DNA of 64,000 nt. It comes from Cyanophora paradoxa CCMP329 (lineage: Eukaryota; Plantae; Glaucophyta). The DNA is taken from the NCBI GenBank assembly GCA_004431415.1, contig QPMI01000478.1, positions 1 to 64,000 of the forward strand. The letters are read 5' to 3'. This document shows, piece by piece, positions 54,119 through 64,000 of this stretch (within the stretch, counting starts at the first letter, position 1; every line of letters starts with the position of its first letter). The position numbers and the translations under genes were made by a program. The notes below the pieces were generated by a model, which saw nothing but the letters and a program-made list of their open reading frames with translations, was not told the origin of the DNA and ran no database searches.

Positions 54119-54769
54119 GAATCGAATTCGATCGAATTTGATCCCGGGCGCCCCGTAGCTATGACAGGCGAGCTCGTAGATCGAATCGTAGGACGCCGCC
54201 TTCGACCGCGTCTACCGGCTCGCCCTCCGCTAGCTAGAGCTCGCGGCCGCTAGCGGCTCCCGGGGGCCCCCCGGGATAGCAGCCCGGCAGTCCTCGGCCA
54301 GGCAGCAGTCTCTCGGGCCGGGCTTCGGTCCTCCGCCCCTTACTAGTTATTTTAATTCGCTCATCAAGCTTCGATTATTCCGCTCTAATCTCGTTTCCTG
54401 TCGCTGCACAGTTTGCGTCAGTTTGCGTCTCGCTTTCAATCTTTGCAGTTCCCATGCACACTTGAATATCCGTTTTCACATCCAACGTACAGTACAGTCT
54501 CCCGGCTTTCACGCAGTTGTTTTGGGGTTGTCTAGTCCTGTAGTTTGCAATTGCTGCAGTCGTTCTTTTCTTTTTCATTGCAGGCTTTGAATTCAGCTTC
54601 AGGCTAATTTAATTCGAGAGTACTAGTCATGGGCCCTGGCCATGGGTGGCCAACTCATGCACTCTGGCCAAGTTGATGTCTCCCGTTAGTTTCCCAGGCA
54701 CTAATCTCGAAGGACTACCGCCATAGTTCGCTGAACACGCTTGTTCTGTTCTCTTTCAATTTCAACGAT

Positions 54770-55940
54770 CTCTTACAAATAGGTTACTCCTTGCGCGGGC
54801 CGACAGCGGCGCCGCGGCCCGCGCGCTGCGCCCGTCAGAGGTCCGCCCCCTCGAGATCGGTACCCCCCTCCGCGGCGAGGCCCGCCCCGCCCGCGTCCGC
54901 GAACGCGGTGTCTGCGAACGAAGCTCGAGCGGGATCCGAAAGGGGGCCGGGCGGGAGTCGAACCGAGGGCGTCCGCGTCGGAGACGTGACGGTCCCCCGC
55001 CTCGCTCTCTACCCCCTGCACGGGTACGCCGTCCGCGAATGGGTCCCCCTCGAGGAAGTCTTCCCCATCCTCCTCGCCCACCTAATAACAAAATTCGATC
55101 GCGGAACGGGTTCGAATCCGAGCGAGCGGCGAGCGCGGCGCGGGTCGACCAGCATCGCGCACCGCCTGGGCCTCCTGGTCCACTTGGAAGTAGTCGAAGG
55201 AGGTGTCCGGACAGCAGTGGAAGCTGCGAGGGCGCCCGCGTTGGCAGAGGCGGTCGGCGCGGGCCGCAGCGGCGGGGCCGCAGCGCACTGCTTGTCGCTG
55301 CTGCCGTCGGGCCACCTGCGCGGGCGGGGCGGGGCGGGGCGGGGCGGGGCGTCAGTTTTGCTAAAGGCGTACAGCGCAGCGCCTCTGCTCGGATCGACGC
55401 ACAGCCGCACGATGACAGTCTTGGTCTCTCCGCGCTGGCCGGGGCGTCAGGCGCGGCCGGGAGGCCGGGCGGCCGTGGCGGGGGCGCGGCGGGGGCGAGC
55501 GCGCGCGTGCGTGCGGACCGGGCACGTGTCCTTCTTGTCGATCGGCGTGCAGAAGACGCTAGGGTCACCCTTCTCGGGCGGGCAGCACAAGTCCGTCGAG
55601 AACTCGCCGCCTGCAGAGCGGGTCAGGAAAGTGTAACGGCGATCCACGGGATCCAGAATAAGCAGACCCGACGGGAGAAGGGCACGGATGGGAGTCTGCA
55701 CGTGCAATGCCGTCGGTTAGGAAAAGCGCGGCACCGGCGCGGGGCGAGGGCGCGGACATGGACGAAACCCTTGGGGCAGATGCCGCCCACATCCGCGGGG
55801 TCGATGCACTTGCGCGGCATCTCTCCTTACGATTCCACTCTATGTCCTGTGACGATTTCGACAGGCTCTGCTCGCCTGCCGGCTCCTCTTTCAGCTCCCG
55901 CGGCGCCGGAGCAACGCCGCACTGCCAGCAAACGCTGCGG
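54770..55940 (-). CDS. Putative small Cys-rich protein of unknown function, multi-exon; boundaries uncertain
   Basis: Exon-like segments between GT..AG: MPRKCIDPADVGGICPKGFVH, GGEFSTDLCCPPEKGDPSVFCTPIDKKDTCP, RWPDGSSDKQC. No family recognised. Confidence 0.45.
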
Positions 55941-56207
55941 GGATGAGCCTTAGCGCTCCTTCGGTGAAGGCAAGAAAGCTGAGTCGAAAGCGTATGCGAA
56001 GGCTGGGCGGCGGGCTCACTCTGAGTTTCGCGCCGGACTAACTGACGCCAATGACGGCGGTGGCAGACTGCCTGGGCGGATCCGCCGCCCTAGCTCTCCC
56101 ACCTCCCGCCGCTACGAAGGCCGGCCTCGCAGGCCTCCCGCCCGGCCTGCTCGCTCTTTCGCGGGACGTTCTGTACCCAGACCGGTCCGCTTCCCCCCTC
56201 TCCAAAG

Positions 56208-57159
56208 ATGCCGCCAGCGACGCCGGAGCGAGGCGGGGTCGCCGTCGCGCCCGAGGAGGGATCCGAAGGCCAGATCAACACGCTCTGGAAGGTTCGCGCC
56301 GCGGTGGTTGGGCGAACGCCCGCGAGCGCGAATGCGCGGCGCTGAGGCCCGCGCGTCACACTCGCGCGGCCGCAGGAGGTGCTCGCGGACAGGCCAGACC
56401 AGCCGCACGAGTCCCGCTGGTGCGGGGCGCTCGCGCGGCGCTTCCCGCTTGAATTCGCAGCTCACGCCGCGCCGCGCAGGTACGGCGACGCCAAGGACTA
56501 CTGGTCGGTGCGCTCATCCCTCGCGGTTGCCGCGCGTCGCCGGCCGGCCGCGCGAGCGCTCGGCGCCGGCGAGCCGCGGGGCTTAGCTTGGCTCGAAGCC
56601 CGCGCGGATCGGATCGAATCGAACGCGGCTGACGGGGCGCGGTCGCCGGGCGCAGAAAGTCGACGCGACGGTGGACGGAGTGCTGGGTGGCTACGGGAAG
56701 GTCCGCGCCCCAGCGCCCGGCCCCGCCAGGTTCGAATCCGACGCCCCGCGCCCCGCCAGGTCGACGGGATCGACATCCGCGGCTCCGCGGCGTTCCTCGA
56801 GGCGCTCATGGGCGAGCGCCTGAAGCAGGGCGACCGGCTCCACGCCGTCGGTGCGCGGCGCCCCGCCATCTGAAGATTTGATCCCAGCTACGCCCTCCAA
56901 GCCTACACGCTAGGCTACGCCCGCTCCGCGCCGCTAGGCTTTCGAATCGTAGCTTCCTGACCCTCGCTTAGCTTCCTAAGCCGGGCCCTCCCCGCCAAGC
57001 GACCTATCAGCGGTCCTCTTTCTGAGCTTAGATTAGATCCGAGCTTCCTTGGCTAAGCTCTCGGACTGCGGGGCGGGGATCGGGCGGTTCGGCTAAGCTG
57101 TCTGTCTAAATCCTAGGCCTAGGCCTAGGCCTCTGCCGAGTCCTCGTTCTCCTGAGCTC

Positions 57160-57196
<37 letters not shown>

Positions 57197-58716
57197 GCTC
57201 GCGCCGCGCCTTCTTCCGCGCCGCGCCGCCTTCCAAGCTCAAGCTCATCGGCCGGCCGGCCCGCACCGGTCGCCCCGCCTCGCCTCAGACTGCCGAGCCT
57301 TCTAAGCCGCTCATTGTCTAAGCCGAGCCTTCTCTACGGGCGTGGCACGCCGAGTCCTCCTCTTCCTGAGCTCATCTATCTACATAGCTCGCGCCGCGCC
57401 GCCCCCCAAGCTCATCGGTCGCCTCGCCTCAGACTGCGGGGCGGGGATCGGGCGGATCACGAAGGGCTTCCTCTCCGTCTACTTCGGGAGCGTCGACCTC
57501 GTCGAGCAGGACCCCCACTTCCTCGAGAAGGCAAGGGGGGGGTAGAGGGGGGGGGGGAGGGGGAGGGGGATGTGGGGCGAGAGGAGGGGGGGGGGGAGGG
57601 GGGGGGACTTCCTCGAGAAGGCGCACCAGCGGGCCAGAGGGGGCCGCCGCCGCTCGCTTCTAAGCTTGGGGCCCCTCCCCGCGAGCGGCCTAGGGTTAGG
57701 GCTAGACACTCTTGGAGAAGGAGGCGCTAGCGAAAGCGCGGGGGGGGGGGGGGGGGGGGGGGGGGTAGAGAGCGCGAGCGAAGCTAGAGCTAGGGCTAGG
57801 GAAGGGAGGCGCTGGCGAAAGCTAGAGAGCTGGAGCTAAGTTAGCGCCACCTGAAGCTGCCCCGACGCCGCCGCCCGCGCCGGCGCTCCCACTCACCTTG
57901 CTCACCTGATCTGACCTGACGCCCCCCGCCGGCGGCAGGCGAGGCAGGACCTGGGCTCGACGGGGCGCAAGTACCGCTTCATATGCAGCGGCCTCCAGGT
58001 GTGTGCGCCCCGCGCAGGTTCTTGCACGTCATCATAAGCATGAACCAGCCATCGATAAATACCATGTAAATACCATGATTTCCCACGGATGATTAGATGC
58101 CGGATCTTTCCGCGCGCCCCCCACTCAGGCCGCCTAGGCCCCCGGCGCGCCTCGCCTGAGTGTGACCGCGCGATCTCGCCTGACGGACGATGCCTCCCCC
58201 CCCCCCCCCCCCCCCCCCGCCCGCAGGAGTTCAACCCGGAGCCGGGGACGTACGACGTGATCTGGATCCAGTGGGTCATCGGCCACCTCACCGACGGTAC
58301 CCCGGCCGCCCCCTGCGTACCCCCCCCCCGCATCTCAACGGCCGTACCCCCCGCAGAGGACATGGTGGCGTTTCTGAAGCGGTGCCAGCGGGCGCTGCGG
58401 CCCGAGGGCTGGATCGTGGTCAAGGCGAGACCCGTACCCCCCCCACCTCCCCCCACGTCCTTTCCGCTTCCGCCCCCCCCCCGCCCCGATTCGCCCTCCC
58501 CTCCCCCCCTCTCCCCCACCCCCAGACCAGATCGTGGTCAAGGCTAGCCCGCCCGGCACCCATTCTCCTCATCCCCCGCACACTTCCACCCCAACACACA
58601 CCACCCCTCCTCCTCCTTCCCTCCCTTCCCGCCCTCCTCCCTCTCTGCCAGTCCCGAGCCAGTCTCGGCGTGCCTGAGCCCGGCCCTGTGTACAGCTCTA
58701 CAGCCGTCTAGACAGC

Positions 58717-58747
<31 letters not shown>

Positions 58748-59825
58748 CCCCCACCCCCACCCCCACCCCCACCCCTCCGCTTGAGCGGTTCTACCCCCCC
58801 CCCCCCCAACCCCAACCCCCGGGCCCACTCCTGCCCCCTTCTCTCCCGGGGGCCCCGGGTACTCCGACGCCGCTCACTCGTTCCCGAACCCGAACCCGTT
58901 CCGAACCCGTCTAGGCGGGCCCGACCCCGGCCCTGTCTACAGCCATCTAGACAGCAACCCCCCCCTTCCCCCCCCCCCCCCCCCCCGCCTCCGCTGCTTC
59001 CTGCCCCCTTCTCGCTCCCTCTCCCTCCCGCTCACTCATACCCCTGCAGGAGAACAACGCGAACGAGGGCTTCGTGGTCGACAAGGACGACTCGAGCGTC
59101 ACCCGGTGCGCGGTGTCGGCCTCTTGATGCAAGCTTTTTTAAGGCTTTAGAGCTTATTTCTTTCTTTCTTTCTAGAACCTTGACAAGCTTGATACAAGCT
59201 TTTTTTAGAGCTTTTTTTTTAGAGCTTCCCCTGGGCGCTTCTAGTAGGGCTCTAAGCTAGCTAGCTAGCTAAGATCCAAGCGAGCGGCCTGGCAGGCCTG
59301 ATAGCTGGCATTCCGGGTGCCTCCTGTTCCCAGCCGTGTGGGGGATTCGGGGCTCCCGACCCGTCCCGTCCGCCTTTGTTCGCGCCGCGTCGGCCCTTAT
59401 CGGCCTTATAGGTCGAACGCGCTGTTCAAGGAGATCTTCGCGCGGGCGGGCCTCGCCCTCCACAAGGAAGAGCTCCAGGTGCGATCGATTTGTCAGATCT
59501 AGAGTATGTCGGGTCGCCGGGTCGGAGGGCACATGTCGTCTTAGAGCGGACGGGCCTTGGGCTTGCTTCTGTCGGGCCGCGCCGGGTCGCGCCGGGTCGG
59601 GGGGTACATGTAGATTTAGAGCAGACGGGCCTTGGGCGTGCTCCCCGCCCCATAATTATGTAAGCTAAATAAAGAAGAGCGGACGGGCCTTGGGAGTGCT
59701 CCGCGCGCCATAAATCAAAAAGCGCGTTTTGCTTTGCACGAGAGCTCACGCCCTCCGGATTTGATCCGCCGCAGAGGGGCCTCCCAAAGGATCTGTTCAA
59801 GGTCCGCATGTACGCGCTCAGGTGA
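56208..59825 (+). CDS. NTMT1: Alpha N-terminal protein methyltransferase 1 (NTMT1/METTL11A/Tae1 family), multi-exon
   Basis: INTLWK|EVL...[10 protein letters not shown]|[15 protein letters not shown]|[13 protein letters not shown]...|[14 protein letters not shown]...VDLVEQ...|[22 protein letters not shown]|[10 protein letters not shown]...GWIVVK|ENNA...[12 protein letters not shown]|...Q|[16 protein letters not shown]. The start could alternatively be at 56051. Confidence 0.95.
57040..57432 (+). repeat. NTMT1 intron with (TCTA)n microsatellite and duplicated acceptor/exon-start sequence
   Basis: (TCTA)n at ~57160-57195. GACTGCGGGGCGGGGATCGGGCGG at ~57064 copies the exon start at ~57432, and GCCTCGCCTCAGACTGC at ~57277 copies the acceptor junction. 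Confidence 0.8.
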
Positions 59826-60563
59826 GCGGGGCTCTAGCCCTGCCCAGGTGAGCGGGGGCGGAGCTCGGCTGCGAGTCAGTTCGGAGCGTTCAATCGCGCC
59901 CCGCTTACGATTACGTATTCGCACCCCCAGGTGATCATGATAGCTTTTATATAATTAGTAGCGCCACCAGTGAACAGCAGTAATTATAAACGCGGGGGGG
60001 AGGGGGGGGTAGAACCGCTCAGGTCGATCTTATATATATATATAATCAATTTGGGCCTAGCACGTGTGGTTAGTTGTTCGAGTGGTCAGGAAAGTGCGGC
60101 ATTTATAATTATCGGCGAGGCAAGAAGTAACGTGGGGTCTGTACATGTGCATGAAGGATCGGCGGATCGCGAACGCCCGCGCATATATATCATCGATTAA
60201 TATCTGTACTACGGTAACTGCGCCCGCGGCCCTCCAATTGCAAGGCTCTCTGGCTCCCGGAGTCCGCCCCCATGTGCAAATTCTGTCGCTTCATTCGAAT
60301 TCGGTGTACAAGACTGTTCGCGGTAAAAATAGAGATATCGCGAGAGTTGCACACGAGTGAATCGGGATCTAGAAGCATTACGAAAGTATAACTACGAAAT
60401 CAAGAGCTTGGGTACTACCGCCGCCACGCGTCTTAAGCTTGAGCTTGAGCTTGAGCTTCAGGGCTTCAAGTATATATTCTGTCTTCGAGTGCAGAGTTTC
60501 TTCAACTGTTTATTCTCTCTTCGAATGCTTCCGAAGGATTCAAGAGTTTCGAGTTTCTTACCT

Positions 60564-63500
60564 TCACCACGGCACGGAGAGGAACGCGGCGAACGCAGAC
60601 GAGAGCGCGGCAAAGAGGAGGCCGACCAGCGGCGCATACACGAAGGAAGCGCCTATCCCGTTGGGCCAGTAAGATCCGTTGGCGTTGACTGAGCCACTGT
60701 ACGACAGGAGCGCGAACTGCGGACGCACGTCGAATTAAATTTAAACTGGAAAAGAGAGATTATACAAGATCGAAAACTGCTCATGATCATTTGCGCATGC
60801 ACCCCCGCGCACCGGGGTCAGGTGGTTGCACTTGCCACTGTACACGCCGGCGGTGGCGGAGGCGGACGCCAGGCCGCAGCTCGTGTCCCAAGCCTTCGTG
60901 TCGGCGTTGTAGAAAGCCAGCGCAACCCGCTGAGTCGCAGCTACTGTGGCGCTGCTCTTGATGGGGAGGGCAAACTAGACGGGGGAGGGCGAACGTAAAG
61001 ACGAGATCCTTGTCAGTTAGCTTTGCAGTGTGCAAATCAACTTGCAAGCACCGTAATGTTGGACGGGAAAGTTTTGATCTCGATCACGTTACCGCTGCTG
61101 TCCAGGCTTGTCGCGGAGATCTGAGTACGCCATGTGCATAGCAGTCAGTTTTAATTTGCGGTCAGTGATCTTGCAGGCAGTTGCGGGGATATGCATGCGC
61201 ACGTCATAAATCTCGGACGCAAGGTTAGAGCCCGCCGGAGGCGTTGGGAAGCCGGAGGCGGCGAGAATCACAATGGCAGTCTGCGTTCATTGAAATTTGA
61301 ATCCCGCATGTCGTAATATTCACAGATCGAGATCGCGATCGATACGCGATATCGATATCGATTATACCTGATAATCTCCGGAGTATGCGTTCTCGGGCAA
61401 GATAATCTGCGGTTGGGCAAGGCAATCATTGAACAAGCCACAGAAAATTCGATGCAGTGCCTCGCACCGAAACGGACTTGAACGTGAGCTGAAGGGATGC
61501 GAGTGCACTTCCGCAGACCTGCCAAAGACAATTTCGAATTGATATGGACTTTGCCTTATTAAAGACTGTTGGAACCTTGAAGCGGGCCGGCTCGATCTCG
61601 CTGGATCGCGTCTGGGCTCCACAGCTCCCGCTACCAAGTGTCACCTGCGCGTTCCAATGCACAAATCAAACTTTGATTCGACCCAGAAAATCCATGGCTA
61701 GCCGGTTTTGAAAAGTAAAGCGAAATTCCGCACCTGGGTCGAGACTTTGCTGAGCGCGGCCGACGTCTGGGCACGGATAGAAGCGGCCTCAGATGAGGTG
61801 GCTGGCAGAGCGGACAGCAGGCCCGCCAATCCCGCTTGCAGTCCCTGCACGTTTATCCGTCTTAGTAAAAGCCGCTGGATGTGCACTGAAAGATTTAGGG
61901 CATCTGACCGCTGCGTCGATTCCAGCAGTTGTTGCGAGGTTCTGCGCGCACCAAATGCGCGTAATAAGCTTGCAGTTAATCTTGTGCACTCGTACTAGAG
62001 ATCATTAATGTCGAATAGAGCGAACTGACCGGATTCTTGCTCAAGACCGCCATCAAAAGCTCGGCTCCAGACTTGGCGGCGGTCGCCTGCAAGCCATTCC
62101 AAGGCGATCGGATATCGCGAAATTCGAGAAGCAGAGAGTTACGAAAGACTCACGGAAACTGCTCCGGTGCTGGCCGCAACTGGAGCAACACTGGCGAAGA
62201 AGTTCACCACCGCACCAGCCGTCTGCGCGCGCGGGCAGCCGATCGCGATTTGAGGAATGCGATGCGCACGCAAACGGAATTCCCCAATTAATATTCATAA
62301 CACAATCAGGGTCCGATTCATATCTATTTAAAATGTGACATCGTGACATCGAACCTCGCACCTCAGGGTCGGCCAGGTTGACTCCCGCCTTGTTCGCCTC
62401 CGTTGTGACCGTCGTCATTGCTGATGCCATCGCGCTGGAGAGCTGCAGAGTGAATGCGTTAGAAATGTTAGGCGAAGAAAAGAGAAGGGTGGACTCAGGA
62501 AATCCAACCAGGTTAAGCAGCGTCGAGTTCCCTGCGGCCTGCTGCAGGAGACGACGGCCGCGGCGGAGCGAGCTGCCTGAGGCGGCGTTGTACTTCGCCT
62601 TGAGGCCGTGGACCAGCGCCACGATCTGCTTCATCTTCTGCTTGAAATCCAGTTTGTCGTTCTGCATCGCCTTATCTCAGTATTCACGCATTGTCGCGTG
62701 TGGGATTAGTGTGTAGGCACGCGGGGATGCGACCTGCCGACCCTGGGCTCGGCGGGACGCGTGGGATCGCGAGGGATCGCTATCGCTCTGTAGTATTCTC
62801 TAGAACCGTGTATCCCTATGAGTGATCTGTACCCGGACAGGCCCGGCGTACCCGTAGTAGCTATAATAAGCGGTGGCCGAGGCGTACTGACGCCGACGTC
62901 GGCCCTAGCAGCACGTAGGCTGCACTAGCAACTAGCAGCACGAAGGCTGCACTATCTAGCTCCGCATGCACGATAATCATGCATGCGACACGCATTGAGC
63001 TGGCAATTGATTTGCGTACCGCAAGTATCGACGTCATCCGAGCGTTAAAGTCCGCGACGGTTGCCTGTTTGCAATAAAGGTATGCGTAACCAATATATAT
63101 AATTGAAGCGAACTGGCGTTGCGCGCGATTCGAGTGCGACACTCACCTCGAAGTCGCTCACAGCGTTTCCGGATGAAATAATTAGCGGAGTGACAGTAAC
63201 TGTGCCTGCGTTTGCGGTGGTAGATTTGCCCCCATTCGTGTTCGCGATTTCGACTGACACAATCGCCCGAATGGCACTCGACGATACCTTATCCATGATT
63301 TAGCAAGCCCGAGAAATATTAGCGAACTTTAACGATACATGTGGCATTAATATTGTCAGAGCTTACCGCGGGGAAGAAGAGTTCAAGCGGCATTGTCAGA
63401 GCTTTAGTGTAGACGGTGACGGCGCTGCTGGAGTCCGATGTGGTGTAGGAAACGGTGTACGTCAGCGTGGTCGGAGTCCAGCCCGAGCAATTGACCTGGG

Positions 63501-64000
63501 CCCGCAGGCTTAGGCGCCGATACTTGATGGCATAAGCTTAAGAAGGAATGCAAGCGTACCGTTGCGGGCTCGACGCCGGCCTTGACAGAAGCCGGCTCGA
63601 TCGTGCATATCCCTCCCGAAGGAGCCGCTGAACCCCGCCAATTGCAAAAACCAACGTTAACATGTACAGGAACTTAGATTGCAGATGCGGGCCTCATTCG
63701 CATTTTTAGAGCGGACCTGTCTTCTCATCGACATTTGGGGCTTCTGTGGGTGCAGGCGCCGGCAGCGGTGTTGGTGACGGCGTCGAGCTTTGTCCAGAAT
63801 GCACGTGCACATGTACATGCCATGATCCGATGATCAATATTCCAATCTACACAACGTTAACAGCGCAGTCCCTTGCGCGCACCTCGGCGCCGGCGAAGGA
63901 GTTGGGCTTGCGGTAGCGCTCGGGCTCGGGCTCGGGCTCGGGCTTGGTGTTGGCTGCACGTGCACAGCGATTAGCCGCGTGGTGAAGCATTTAATTTGCC
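60564..64000 (-). CDS. Second REJ-like + GAIN/GPS surface protein (3' part; start beyond the window) ending in a hydrophobic GPI-signal-like C-terminus
   Basis: Ser/Pro linker PTPSPSPSPSATASPTPSPAP (~63.9 kb). REJ C-terminal signature AAPSGGICTIEPASVKAGVEPAT|VNCSGWTPTTLTYTVSY (~63.45-63.63 kb). Helical region containing RRGRRLLQQ (~62.55 kb). GPS ALAFYNADTKAWDTSC...YSGKCNHL-TP|FALLSY (CNHLTP at 60830-60813). Ends ...GASFVYAPLVGLLFAALSSAFAAFLSVPW* (TGA at 60566-60564). Confidence 0.8.

Noticed and set aside
57688-57705. Telomere-like TAGGGTTAGGG (and CCCCAA/CCCGAA runs near 58.8 kb)
   Set aside because: Only 2-3 units inside low-complexity introns, not distinguishable from chance.

Overview
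Eukaryotic, intron-dense, GC-rich genomic DNA from a protist or alga. The short introns and composition recall the glaucophyte Cyanophora, but that is an unverified impression. Most long ORFs in the six-frame track are artefacts or single exons. Contents in order: (1) a 5'-truncated + strand gene in which an unrecognised domain and long coiled coil appear to splice in frame to an AMSH/STAMBP-type JAMM deubiquitinase domain (1-6347). (2) A ~3.5 kb palindrome-rich intergenic region holding a tRNA-derived SINE-like insertion with a 14-bp direct repeat, plus two perfect hairpins. (3) A giant ~36 kb + strand gene (~10.2-46.3 kb) encoding a type-I surface protein: signal-like segment, dozens of two-Cys filamin/Ig-like modules, a PKD/REJ-like module, a GAIN/GPS autoproteolysis motif (CDHL|TPF), one TM helix and a short tail. 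(4) RTCB tRNA-splicing ligase (-). (5) An SDR oxidoreductase (+) whose ATG lies only 54 bp from the RTCB ATG. (6) A probable small Cys-rich gene (-). (7) NTMT1/Tae1 N-terminal methyltransferase (+). (8) The 3' part of a second REJ+GAIN/GPS protein (-; CNHL|TPF) ending in a GPI-like hydrophobic tail. The main candidate novelty is the pair of REJ-GAIN/GPS surface proteins that lack the 7TM or 11TM signalling module of adhesion GPCRs and polycystin-1. Also notable are frequent GC-AG introns and 'stuttered' copies of exon ends inside introns. Gene models were spliced by eye and need RNA-seq confirmation.
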